From: Paracoccaceae bacterium
GTDB taxonomy: Bacteria > Pseudomonadota > Alphaproteobacteria > Rhodobacterales > Rhodobacteraceae
Reading direction: 5' to 3'
Length of the DNA: 64,000 nt
Assembly (NCBI GenBank): GCA_014762635.1
Contig: JABURR010000079.1
Location: forward strand, 18,168-82,167
In this document: piece by piece, positions 20,182 through 28,947 of the stretch
Position numbering within the stretch: position 1 is the first letter of the stretch
How the letters are laid out: the number at the start of each line of letters is the position of its first letter
Translations under genes and position numbers: made by a program
Notes under the pieces: model-generated
Told to the model about the DNA's origin: nothing
The model's database searches: none
What the model saw: only the letters and a program-made list of their open reading frames with translations

Positions 20182-21712
20182 ACCCGCGCCAGTCCTGACC
20201 CTTTGCCTGACGCTGACGGCCCAGCTTGCCGCGGCGCAGGAGGCCCCCATGTCGGCCATCGACTGGCTATCGAACAGCGTGAACACGCCCGCTCAGGTCG
20301 ATGCGCTGGAACCCACTGAATCGGCACCGAACGCCCCCACCAAACCCGAGGCAATCTCGGTCGCCGCCCTCGGCACGCCCTCACGGGAAGCCATCGGGCT
20401 GCTTGCGCCCCATGTGACCGGGCTTCCACCCGACCTTTGGGGGGACACCCGGGCCGAGGACCTCGCCCGCCGGATCACGACAGAGCATACGGACATGCTG
20501 CCTGCCATGCAGGACCTTCTGCTGATGATCCTGCTGGCCGAACTTGATGCACCCGAGGGATCGAACGGACACCCAACGCTTCTTCTGGCCAGGATCGACA
20601 AGCTGCTGGCCCTGGGCGCGGTGGAACAGGCCGAGGCCCTGATGGAGCGCGCGGGCCCCTCCTCGCCGGACCTCTTTCGCCGCTGGTTCGACGTGGCGCT
20701 GCTGACAGGTCGCGAGGATCGGGCCTGCGCCGTGATGCGCGCCACGCCCGACCTGAGCCCGACCGTCCCGGCCCGGATATTCTGCCTCGCACGCGGTGGC
20801 GACTGGTCCGCCGCGGCGCTGACGCTCGAAACCGGGCAGGCGATTGGCGAGATATCCACCGAAGAAGCGGTTCTGCTGACCCGGTTCCTTGATGCCGAAA
20901 TCGCGGAAGGTGCCCCCGCCATGCCGATCCCGCAACGCCCCTCGCCGCTGACGTTCCGGCTTTACGAGGCAATCGGCGAGCCGCTCCCGACGACGACGCT
21001 GCCGCTGGCCTTCGCCCATGCGGATCTGCGCGGCTCGGTGGGCTGGAAGGCGCAGGTCGAGGCGGCAGAACGCCTGGCCCGCACCGGCGCCATCGACGCA
21101 AACAAGCTTCTGGGGCTCTACACCGAACGCAAACCCGCCGCCTCGGGCGGGGTCTGGGACCGGGTCGCGGCGGTTCAGGCCTTTGACGTGGCCTTGCGGG
21201 CGGGCAACATCCCCGAGATCGAGCGGACGCTGCCCAAGGCATGGGATGCAGTCGAGGCGCACGAGCTTGAGGTCGCTTTTGCAGACCTTTTCGCGGAGCC
21301 ACTTCTTCGGCTGCCCATGAACGATCGCAGCCGAGGGCTCGCCGTGCAGATCGGCCTGCTCTCGGACGGGTACGAGGCCGTGGCCCGAAACGCGGCTCCA
21401 CAAACTCCGAAGGAAGAATTCCTCGTCGCTCTCGCACAGGGCGACGTGTCGTCGGTTTCGACCCCGACGCCGTTCTATCGTGCGGTTCAGGACGGGTTCA
21501 GCCGCGAGGAAGCCCCGGTGCGCCTGCAATCGCTCGTGGCGGGGAAACGGCTGGGTGAGGCCGTTTTGCGCGCCATGGAACTGTTCACCGAAGGCTCTCG
21601 CGGTGACCTGGACGAAATCAGCGACGCGCTGGCGCTGTTCCGGGCCGTGGGCCTGGAAGACACCGCAAGACGCGCCGCCCTGCAACTCCTGATCCTGGAC
21701 CGGCGGGGATGA
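20168..21712 (+). CDS. hypothetical secreted protein, Ala/Leu-rich helical
   Basis: 514 aa with a signal-peptide-like N-terminus ending LAAAQEAP. I do not recognise a family. Start is TTG at 20168 or ATG at 20171. Stop forms an ATGA overlap with xerD. Confidence 0.7.
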   Translation: MMRNRPAPVLTLCLTLTAQLAAAQEAPMSAIDWLSNSVNTPAQVDALEPTESAPNAPTKPEAISVAALGTPSREAIGLLAPHVTGLPPDLWGDTRAEDLARRITTEHTDMLPAMQDLLLMILLAELDAPEGSNGHPTLLLARIDKLLALGAVEQAEALMERAGPSSPDLFRRWFDVALLTGREDRACAVMRATPDLSPTVPARIFCLARGGDWSAAALTLETGQAIGEISTEEAVLLTRFLDAEIAEGAPAMPIPQRPSPLTFRLYEAIGEPLPTTTLPLAFAHADLRGSVGWKAQVEAAERLARTGAIDANKLLGLYTERKPAASGGVWDRVAAVQAFDVALRAGNIPEIERTLPKAWDAVEAHELEVAFADLFAEPLLRLPMNDRSRGLAVQIGLLSDGYEAVARNAAPQTPKEEFLVALAQGDVSSVSTPTPFYRAVQDGFSREEAPVRLQSLVAGKRLGEAVLRAMELFTEGSRGDLDEISDALALFRAVGLEDTARRAALQLLILDRRG

Positions 21713-22635
21713 GCGACGCGCGCTGGATTCAGACCTTTCTCGACGCGCAGGCCGCGGAAATGGATGCCGCGCATAACACGCAGCTTGCCTACGCGCGGGA
21801 CCTGTCCAATTTCACCGAGTGGCTGTCGGATCAGGGGAAATCGCTGGCCCACGCGACGCGCAGCGATATCGAGGATTACCTGGTGCGCTGCGATGCCGAG
21901 GGGCTGGCCCGGTCCACCCGCGCACGGCGACTTTCGGCGATCAAGCAGGTCTATCGCTTCGCCTTCGAGGAAGGCTGGCGCCAGGACAATCCAGCGATCC
22001 AGATCAAGGGTCCGGGGCGCGGCAAGACCCTGCCCAAGACCCTGAGCGAGGAAGAGGTCGACCGGCTGTTGGTCACGGCCCGGGAACATGGGCGCACACC
22101 CGAAGACCGGCTGCGCAATGCCTGCATGGTGGAACTGCTTTACGCCACCGGGATGCGCGTGTCGGAACTGGTCTCGCTGCCGGTCTCGGCGGCACGGGGC
22201 AATCCGCGCATGTTGCTGATCCGGGGCAAGGGCGGAAAGGAACGGATGGTGCCGCTCTCGCCCCCTGCCCGGCAGATGCTGGCGGAGTGGCTTTCGGCTC
22301 GGGACGTGGCCGAAGACGCGGCGCGCGCGAATGGCAAGCCGGTGTCCCGGTTCCTGTTCCCGTCGCGCGCGGCGGACGGCCACCTGACACGACACCGGTT
22401 CTACATGCTGATCAAGGAGATCGCGGTCGCTGCCGGGGTGATGCCCTCGAAGGTGACACCGCACCGGCTGCGCCACGCCTTCGCAACGCATCTTCTGGCG
22501 AACGGGGCCGACCTGCGGTCGATCCAGACCCTGCTAGGGCACGCAGATCTTTCCACGACCGAGATCTATACCCATGTGCTGGAAGAGCGGCTGAAAGAGC
22601 TGGTCCTGACCCACCATCCGCTGGCCAAGGGCTGA
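21709..22635 (+). CDS. xerD: site-specific tyrosine recombinase XerD
   Basis: 308 aa. Contains catalytic-domain motifs ATGMRVSELV, HRLRHAFATHLL and LLGHADLSTTEIYTHV. The XerD versus XerC assignment rests on overall resemblance only. Confidence 0.75.
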   Translation: MSDARWIQTFLDAQAAEMDAAHNTQLAYARDLSNFTEWLSDQGKSLAHATRSDIEDYLVRCDAEGLARSTRARRLSAIKQVYRFAFEEGWRQDNPAIQIKGPGRGKTLPKTLSEEEVDRLLVTAREHGRTPEDRLRNACMVELLYATGMRVSELVSLPVSAARGNPRMLLIRGKGGKERMVPLSPPARQMLAEWLSARDVAEDAARANGKPVSRFLFPSRAADGHLTRHRFYMLIKEIAVAAGVMPSKVTPHRLRHAFATHLLANGADLRSIQTLLGHADLSTTEIYTHVLEERLKELVLTHHPLAKG

Positions 22636-23487
22636 TCAGCGGCGCATCTCGGGCGGGAGCACATCCTCGCTGGGCCAGACACCCGACAGCAGCGCCGCGT
22701 CATAGCCTTGGGTCAGACCCGCCGCGCGCATCGCATCGGCGGCGGCGGCATGATCATACGACAGGTGCTCGAAGATCACGCCCCGTTCTGACAGGATGGC
22801 AAAACGCGTCTCGGGTCGCCCGTCATGGGGCGGCAGGCCGATGGCGCCGGCGTTGATCCAGTCGAACTCTCCGATGCGCCGATGGAAGGCCACACCACAA
22901 TGCCCGGCAATCACTGCATCGATGGGCCCTGCAACCGCCTCGATCGCGGCGCGCTCCTCGGCGAAGACCTGATCCGGCGATACCGGCCAGATGAACCGCG
23001 CGATGTCGGTCATGCCGCCGTGAATGACCGCGTAGCGCCGTCCGCCATGGGTGAAACGGATCAGGTCCGGGCAGTTGCCCATCCAGGCGCGTTCGGCTTC
23101 GCCCAGACGGGCCTGCGCGAAGGGGTACCAGCCGCGCGAAAGCAGGTCGCAGGTGCTATTCTCATCAAAGCCGCAGCCACAATCATCGGCACCGGAGGCC
23201 AATTGCTTCTCGCAGTTCCCGGCAACCACGGGGGCACCGAAATCGCGGAAGGCGCCCAGCGTCGATACGGGATCCGCGCCATAGGCCACCACGTCGCCCG
23301 TACAAATCACGCGATCTGCCGGAATACACCGGTCGCGGGCCTGCGCGATCAGTGCCTCGGAGGCCTGCAAATTGGAGTATGGCCCTCCGAACAGAAGCAC
23401 ATCGCCGGAAAGTTCGCCCAGGTCCTGAATGTCGATTTCGGTCTCAGTCACGCCGATCCTCTTGAAAGCGCGGGTTTCGCGCCTCAT
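22636..23487 (-). CDS. metallophosphoesterase family protein
   Basis: Conserved part starts around LGELSGDVLLFGGPYSN. Motifs GDVVAYG and GHCG are present. Start is ATG at 23487 or GVTETE GTG at 23448. The upstream 130 codons of the track ORF overlap the divergent gene and look non-coding. Confidence 0.75.
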   Translation of the reverse strand: MRRETRAFKRIGVTETEIDIQDLGELSGDVLLFGGPYSNLQASEALIAQARDRCIPADRVICTGDVVAYGADPVSTLGAFRDFGAPVVAGNCEKQLASGADDCGCGFDENSTCDLLSRGWYPFAQARLGEAERAWMGNCPDLIRFTHGGRRYAVIHGGMTDIARFIWPVSPDQVFAEERAAIEAVAGPIDAVIAGHCGVAFHRRIGEFDWINAGAIGLPPHDGRPETRFAILSERGVIFEHLSYDHAAAADAMRAAGLTQGYDAALLSGVWPSEDVLPPEMRR

Positions 23488-23518
23488 AAGACCCTGACAG
23501 GTTTGAAAGACAAGCAGG

Positions 23519-24826
23519 ATGGACCCTTCTACACCGTTTCTTGATACGGCCTTCTGGATCTCAGCCGGGGCCATCCTCGGCCTGATCGTCCTGTCCGCGT
23601 TCTTTTCCGGCTCGGAAACCGCCCTGACGGCTGCCTCGCGCGGCAAGCTGCGCTCGCTCGCGGACAGGGGGTCGAAGGGGGCCGTGCAAGCGCTCAAGAT
23701 CACCGAGGACAATGAACGCCTGATCGGTTCGGTCCTGCTGGGCAACAACCTGGTGAACATCCTGGCGACCTCGCTGGCGACGGCAATGTTCACCCGCGCA
23801 TTCGGCGAATCCGGCGTGGCGCTGGCGACGCTGTTCATGACGCTGCTGGTGCTGATCTTTGCCGAGGTCCTGCCCAAGACCTATGCGATCACCAATGCCG
23901 AGGCCGCCGCCGCCCGGGTCGCCACGCCGATCCGGCTGGTGATCCTGGTGTTCTCGCCGGTGGTGGCGGCGGTACGCGCGCTGGTGCGGGGGCTTCTGTC
24001 GCTGTTCGGCGTGAAGGCGGACCCCGACAGCCAGATCCTTGCCGTGCGCGAGGAAATTGCGGGTGCGCTGTCGCTCGGCCATTCCGAGGGCGTGGTCGAG
24101 AAGGAGGACCGCGACCGGATCCTTGGCGCGCTGGACCTGAACGAACGCACCGTGGACGAGATCATGCTGCACCGCTCGAAGATCGAGATGATCGACGCGG
24201 ACCGACCGCCGCAGGAGATCCTCGAGACGGTGCTGAACTCGCCCCACACCCGGCTGCCGATCTTCCGCGGTGAGCAGGAAAACATCGTCGGCGTGATCCA
24301 TGCCAAGGATCTGCTGCGCGCGATGTATGCGCTCAGGATGGAGAGAGAGGAAGAAGAGGACCCATTTGCCGGTTTCGATATCCTCGAGGTCGCGATGGAG
24401 CCCTATTTCGTGCCCGAGACCACGACGCTCGACGACCAGATGCGCCAGTTCCTGCACCGGCACACCCATTTCGCCCTTGTGGTGGACGAATACGGGTCGC
24501 TGCGTGGATTGATCACGCTGGAGGATATCCTCGAGGAAATCGTGGGCGAGATCACCGACGAATTCGACGTGGATGCCGAGCACCCGATGCGCCGGACCGA
24601 GGTGGGGGATTACATCGTCGATGGCGGCATGACGATCCGTGACCTGAATCGGGCAACGGACTGGTCGCTGCCCGATGACGAGGCCAACACGATCGCCGGG
24701 TTGGTGATCCACGAGGCGCAGTCGATCCCGACCCAGGGGCAGGTCTTCAGCTTCCACGGGTTCCGGTTCGAGGTTCTGAACCGGAAGGACAACCGGCTGA
24801 CGCGGCTCAAGATCCGGCCGTTGTGA
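23519..24826 (+). CDS. HlyC/CorC family transporter (DUF21-CBS-CorC_HlyC)
   Basis: 435 aa with an N-terminal 4-TM DUF21-like region containing SGSETAL, a CBS pair, and a C-terminal transporter-associated domain. Confidence 0.85.
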   Translation: MDPSTPFLDTAFWISAGAILGLIVLSAFFSGSETALTAASRGKLRSLADRGSKGAVQALKITEDNERLIGSVLLGNNLVNILATSLATAMFTRAFGESGVALATLFMTLLVLIFAEVLPKTYAITNAEAAAARVATPIRLVILVFSPVVAAVRALVRGLLSLFGVKADPDSQILAVREEIAGALSLGHSEGVVEKEDRDRILGALDLNERTVDEIMLHRSKIEMIDADRPPQEILETVLNSPHTRLPIFRGEQENIVGVIHAKDLLRAMYALRMEREEEEDPFAGFDILEVAMEPYFVPETTTLDDQMRQFLHRHTHFALVVDEYGSLRGLITLEDILEEIVGEITDEFDVDAEHPMRRTEVGDYIVDGGMTIRDLNRATDWSLPDDEANTIAGLVIHEAQSIPTQGQVFSFHGFRFEVLNRKDNRLTRLKIRPL

Positions 24827-24904
24827 CGGGAAAGGGGGCTGTCTGCCCCCTCTGCGCGCGCTGCGCGCATTCACCCCCGAGGATATTTCCGAACAGAAGA
24901 AGCC

Positions 24905-26437
24905 TCAGCGGCCCTTGAAGAGGCCCCCGAGGATACCGCGCACGATGCGGCGGCCCGTGGTGCCGCCCAACTCGCGGATCACCGCCTTGCCGAGTGCTTC
25001 GCCCAGGCTGTCGCCGCGGCGCGAGGATGTGCGCTTGGGCGCGTCGCCGGACCAGCGGCGGGCGGCGCGGAACTCGCGGTCCTCTTCTTCGGCGCGGGCA
25101 GCTTCGGCCTCGGCCTTTTCCGCGTCGCGGGCGGCGTCTTCGGCGCGTTTGCGGAGCATTTCATGGGCGCTTTCACGGTCCTGGAGCGTGTCGTATTTTC
25201 CTGCGACCGGAGAGGATTTGATCAGTGTCGCGCGATCGGCGGGGTCGATTGGTCCGAGCTGCGAGGACGGCGGACGGATGAGGGTGCGTTCGGCCATGCT
25301 TGGCGCGCCCTTTGCCTCGAGGAAGGAGGTGACGGCTTCGCCGACGCCCACTTCGCGGATCGCGTCCTCGATCACGAAACGCGGGTTGTCGCGGTAGGTT
25401 TCGGCGGCCTGCTTCAGCGCCTTGCGGTCGCGGGCCGTGAAAGCGCGCAGCGCGTGCTGCACCCGGTTGCCGAGCTGGCCCAGGATATCCTCGGGCACAT
25501 CGTCCGGGTTCTGGGTGACGAAATAGACCCCGACCCCCTTGGAACGGATCAGGCGAGCGACCTGTTCGACCTTGTCCACCAGCGCCTTGGGCGCGTCGTC
25601 GAACAGGAGATGCGCCTCGTCGAAGAAGAAGACAAGGCGCGGCTTGTCGGGATCGCCAACCTCGGGCAGTTCCTCGAACAGCTCCGACAGGAGCCAGAGC
25701 AGGAAGGTGGCGTAAAGCCGGGGCGAGCCCATGAGCCTGTCGGCGGCGAGGATCGAAATGCGCCCGCGCCCGTCCGTATCGGTGCGGAAGAGATCGGAAA
25801 GCTCAAGCGCGGGTTCGCCGAAGAACTGCGCCCCGCCCTGGTTTTCCAGCACCAGGAGTGCACGCTGGATCGCGCCTACGGACGCGGTGGAGACGTTGCC
25901 ATAGCGCAAGGACAGGTCCTTGGAGTTCTCACCCACCCAGACCAGGACCGACTGCAGGTCCTTGAGGTCCAGCATCGGCAGGCCTTCCTCGTCGGAGACG
26001 CGGAAGGCGATGTTGAGCACGCCCTCCTGCGCCTCGGTAAGGTCGAGCAGCCGCGCCAGAAGCAGCGGGCCCATCTCGGCCACGGTGGTGCGCACCGGGT
26101 GGCCCTGCTCACCGAAGAGGTCCCAGAAGGTGACGGGAAACTCGCGGTAAGAATAGTCGACGAATCCGATGGTCGCGGCGCGCTTGGTGAAGGCATCGTG
26201 CAGCTTGAAATCCTCGCGCCCGGCCTTCGCCAGCCCCGCCAGGTCACCCTTCACGTCGGACAGGAAGACCGGCACGCCCGCCGACGAGAAGCCCTCGGCC
26301 AGGATCTGAAGCGTGACGGTTTTCCCGGTGCCGGTCGCCCCGGCAACGAGCCCGTGGCGGTTGCCATATTTCAGAAGAACATGCTGCGGGGTTGCGTAAT
26401 CTTCTCCGCCGCCGCCAACGAAAATAGTCTCGGACAT
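24905..26437 (-). CDS. DUF853 / HerA-like P-loop ATPase (YjgR-like)
   Basis: ATG at 26437 is preceded by AGGAGG. Walker A is GATGTGKT. There is a charged, Ala-rich C-terminal tail. The ORF track extends 73 codons further upstream without support. Confidence 0.8.
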   Translation of the reverse strand: MSETIFVGGGGEDYATPQHVLLKYGNRHGLVAGATGTGKTVTLQILAEGFSSAGVPVFLSDVKGDLAGLAKAGREDFKLHDAFTKRAATIGFVDYSYREFPVTFWDLFGEQGHPVRTTVAEMGPLLLARLLDLTEAQEGVLNIAFRVSDEEGLPMLDLKDLQSVLVWVGENSKDLSLRYGNVSTASVGAIQRALLVLENQGGAQFFGEPALELSDLFRTDTDGRGRISILAADRLMGSPRLYATFLLWLLSELFEELPEVGDPDKPRLVFFFDEAHLLFDDAPKALVDKVEQVARLIRSKGVGVYFVTQNPDDVPEDILGQLGNRVQHALRAFTARDRKALKQAAETYRDNPRFVIEDAIREVGVGEAVTSFLEAKGAPSMAERTLIRPPSSQLGPIDPADRATLIKSSPVAGKYDTLQDRESAHEMLRKRAEDAARDAEKAEAEAARAEEEDREFRAARRWSGDAPKRTSSRRGDSLGEALGKAVIRELGGTTGRRIVRGILGGLFKGR

Positions 26438-26587
26438 GTCGCCTCCTGAAATACTCTTCGCATCATGGAAAGATACAGCCTGCAAGGCTCTGCGCCAGTG
26501 GCAATCGGAAGAAACGCGGTCATTTGGGTGCAATCTCGGGGAAGGGAATAATGTCTCACTCCATCCAAATTTTTGCCACAAACCCTG

Positions 26588-26616
26588 TTGACCCTGCCGC
26601 GGAAACTTCCTAGCGT
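26588..26616 (+). promoter_or_regulatory. sigma70-like promoter candidate TTGACC-N17-TAGCGT
   Basis: TTGACC at 26588-26593, a 17-nt spacer, then TAGCGT at 26611-26616. It lies in the gap between divergent genes, upstream of the hairpin and T-run at 26663-26694. Confidence 0.3.
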
Positions 26617-26623
26617 CGGTTTC

Positions 26624-26694
26624 AATAAGTCGGCCAGTCCGACGGGGAGAAAGCATTCAGGGAAAAGAGGTCTTCGGACCTCTTTTTCTTTTTT
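26624..26694 (+). ncRNA. candidate small RNA or terminated leader (about 70 nt)
   Basis: The predicted transcript runs from the promoter candidate to the intrinsic terminator. It contains the hairpin GTCGG-CCAGT-CCGAC, then GGGGAGAAAGCAUUCAGGG, then the terminator. There is no ORF and no family recognised. Confidence 0.3.
26663..26694 (+). terminator. Rho-independent terminator
   Basis: A 10-bp perfect stem AAAAGAGGTC/GACCTCTTTT with loop TTCG, followed by TCTTTTTT. No annotated plus-strand gene lies upstream of it. Confidence 0.55.
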
Positions 26695-26809
26695 CGGCTG
26701 ATCCTTGCCGGTTTTTCCCAAGGCCGATCGGATCGGGTGTTGCGCCCTGACATCGCCAAAACCACATGTTAGGCCAACGCTGAATTCTGGCATCCGACAG
26801 AGGAAGACC

Positions 26810-27397
26810 ATGACCAATATTCTGAAGACGCTTTCGATGCTGGCCGCGCTGTCGCTGGCCAGCGGTGCCGCCGCACAGGGAACCGGGCTTGGCACCGATA
26901 CGCTTTCGCTTGGCGAGGGCATCGCGGAAGGCGAGGCGCAGGTTGGCGACACCTATGTCCGCGAGGTCTATTCCGACTGGCAATTGCGCTGCGTGAAGAC
27001 CGAGGAAGGAAACGACCCTTGCCGCCTGTACCAGCTTCTGGCGAACGAGGCCGGAAACCCGGTGGCCGAGATCTCGATGTTCGCCCTGCCCGAAGGGGGA
27101 CAGGCGGAAGCCGGTGCAACGATCATTACACCGCTCGAGACGCTGCTCACCCGGCAGGTGACGCTGGGCGTGGATGGCGAGCAGGCAAAGCGCTACCCGT
27201 TCACCTGGTGCGCATCCAACGGCTGCATCGCACGCGTGGGTTTCACCGAAGATGATGTTGCCGCGTTCCGCAAGGGCGCCAATGCCACGCTGAGCATCGT
27301 GCCGGTGGCCGCACCGGATCAGGTCGTGGCGCTGAAGATCTCCCTCGCGGGGTTCACCGCGGGCTACGAGGCCGTGTCGGCCGCAAATACCAACTGA
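26810..27397 (+). CDS. invasion-associated locus B (IalB) family protein
   Basis: ATG at 26810 is preceded by GAGGAAG. Signal peptide is present. The DWQLRC ... CRLYQ pattern and the size are typical of IalB-like periplasmic proteins. Confidence 0.75.
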   Translation: MTNILKTLSMLAALSLASGAAAQGTGLGTDTLSLGEGIAEGEAQVGDTYVREVYSDWQLRCVKTEEGNDPCRLYQLLANEAGNPVAEISMFALPEGGQAEAGATIITPLETLLTRQVTLGVDGEQAKRYPFTWCASNGCIARVGFTEDDVAAFRKGANATLSIVPVAAPDQVVALKISLAGFTAGYEAVSAANTN

Positions 27398-27403
27398 TCA
27401 TCC

Positions 27404-27430
27404 GGGCGCGGTTCTTGTCGGGCCGCGCCC
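27404..27430. terminator. GC-rich hairpin between convergent genes
   Basis: GGGCGCGG at 27404-27411 pairs with CCGCGCCC at 27423-27430. It lies between the ialB-like stop and the KAS stop. There is no clear U-tract. Confidence 0.4.
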
Positions 27431-27434
27431 GCGA

Positions 27435-28643
27435 TCACACCCGGCGCAGGGCGAGTACGGCGTTCAGCCCGCCAAAAGCGAAGGCGTTCGACAGAACCAC
27501 GTCGACATCTGCCTCCCGCGCCTCGTTCGGCACCACGTCCAGCGCACATTCGGGATCGGGTTCTTCGTAGCCGATCGTGGGCGCAATGACACCATCGCGC
27601 AGCGCCATGATGCAGGCCAGAAGCTCCACCGCGCCGGTGCCACCGATCAGGTGCCCATGCATCGACTTGGTCGATGAAATCATGATCCGGTCGGCGTGTT
27701 TGCCCAAGGCATCGGCGACAGCCGCGCATTCTGTCTTGTCATTGGCTGCCGTGCCGGTGCCGTGGGCGTTGATATAGCCCACCTGCGAGGGATCAAGCCG
27801 CGCATCCCGCAGCGCCCCCGAAATCGCCCGTGCCGCCCCCTGCTTCGACGGCATCACGATATCCGACGCGTCCGAGGTCATGGCGAAGCCAACCACCTCG
27901 GCTAGGATCTCGGCGCCGCGGGCCTTGGCGTGGTCGTACTCCTCGAAGACGAAGATCCCTGCCCCCTCACCCTGGACCATGCCGTTGCGGTTGGCCGAGA
28001 ACGGGCGGCAGGCATCCTTGGACATGACGCGCAGACCTTCCCAGGCCTTCACGCCCCCGAAGCACAGCATTGACTCGGACCCGCCGGTCACCATCGCCCG
28101 CGCCATGCCCGAACGCACCATGTGGAAGGCCTGGCCCATCGCGTGGTTCGACGAGGCGCAGGCGGTAGCGACGGTGAAGGTCGGGCCCTTCAGGTTCCAC
28201 TCCATGGACACATGGCTCGCCGCGGCATTGTTCATCAGCTTTGGCACGACGAAGGGGTGAACCCGGTTCTTCCCCTCCTCGTAGACCGCGCGATAGTTCT
28301 CATCCCACGTGTTCACCCCGCCCCCGGCGGTGCCCAGCACGACCCCGGCCTCGGCGGCTAGTTGCCCTTCGAAGGTCAGGCCCGATTGCTCGATCGCCTC
28401 GCGCGCGGCCAGAAGCGTGAACTGGGTGAACCGGTCGTAGAGCGAGATTTGCTGGCGATTGAAATGGCTCTCGGCTTCGTAGCCGCGGACCTGCCCGCCA
28501 ATGCGGATCGACAGGCGCTCCACGTCGCGGATATCAAGCTCGCCGATGCCGCAGCGACCTTCGCGCATCGCCTCAAGCGTTTCCGGCACCGAATGGCCGA
28601 GCGCATTGATCGTGCCCGCGCCTGTGATGACGACCCGCTTCAC
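27435..28643 (-). CDS. beta-ketoacyl-ACP synthase (elongating KAS I/II, FabF/NodE-like)
   Basis: 402 aa. Cys-His-His catalytic pattern is visible in ATACASSNHA, NAHGTGT and KSMHGHLIGG. Start overlaps the upstream ACP stop by 4 nt. Confidence 0.9.
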   Translation of the reverse strand: MKRVVITGAGTINALGHSVPETLEAMREGRCGIGELDIRDVERLSIRIGGQVRGYEAESHFNRQQISLYDRFTQFTLLAAREAIEQSGLTFEGQLAAEAGVVLGTAGGGVNTWDENYRAVYEEGKNRVHPFVVPKLMNNAAASHVSMEWNLKGPTFTVATACASSNHAMGQAFHMVRSGMARAMVTGGSESMLCFGGVKAWEGLRVMSKDACRPFSANRNGMVQGEGAGIFVFEEYDHAKARGAEILAEVVGFAMTSDASDIVMPSKQGAARAISGALRDARLDPSQVGYINAHGTGTAANDKTECAAVADALGKHADRIMISSTKSMHGHLIGGTGAVELLACIMALRDGVIAPTIGYEEPDPECALDVVPNEAREADVDVVLSNAFAFGGLNAVLALRRV

Positions 28644-28918
28644 GACTGCTGCGCCACCAGATCCTCGACCGCGCGAACGATGGCGGCCACTGACGAGATG
28701 TCGAACTCGCTGTTCTCGGGTTCGTTGGCGTTGAAGGGCACCTGGATGTCGAAGGCCTCTTCGATGGCGAAGATCGACTCCACCAGACCTAGGCTGTCGA
28801 TTCCCAGATCGTCGAGGGTCTGCTCCATCGACACGTCCGAAGGCTCAAGAACGGCCTGATCCGCGATGATCCGGATCACCTTGTCCCTGACTGCCGTGTC
28901 CGTCGACGCTGTCGCCAT
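28640..28918 (-). CDS. acyl carrier protein (dedicated, non-AcpP context)
   Basis: 92 aa from the ATG at 28918. Phosphopantetheine site LGIDSLGLVE is present and the protein is acidic. The ORF track extension to 29242 overlaps lpxD and is rejected. Confidence 0.85.
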   Translation of the reverse strand: MATASTDTAVRDKVIRIIADQAVLEPSDVSMEQTLDDLGIDSLGLVESIFAIEEAFDIQVPFNANEPENSEFDISSVAAIVRAVEDLVAQQS

Positions 28919-28947
28919 GGCTTCCTCACTGAAATCCGCGCGGAGAT

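Noticed and set aside
23488-23877. N-terminal extensions proposed by the ORF track for several genes: the metallophosphoesterase to 23877, DUF853 to 26656, PCu(A)C to 57001, L28 to 57706, MeaB to 58920, ACP to 29242 and aroK to 20096.
   Set aside because: The extensions lack homology-like sequence and overlap neighbouring genes or divergent promoters. Internal starts give canonical N-termini preceded by Shine-Dalgarno-like motifs.
26460-26700. The possibility that the candidate sRNA region is a known housekeeping RNA (SRP/4.5S RNA, 6S RNA, tmRNA or RNase P).
   Set aside because: None of the conserved motifs I know is present (for example the SRP domain IV GGAA/AGCA symmetric loop context, the tmRNA tag ORF, or the RNase P P4). 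The predicted length of about 70 nt is too short for 6S, tmRNA and RNase P.
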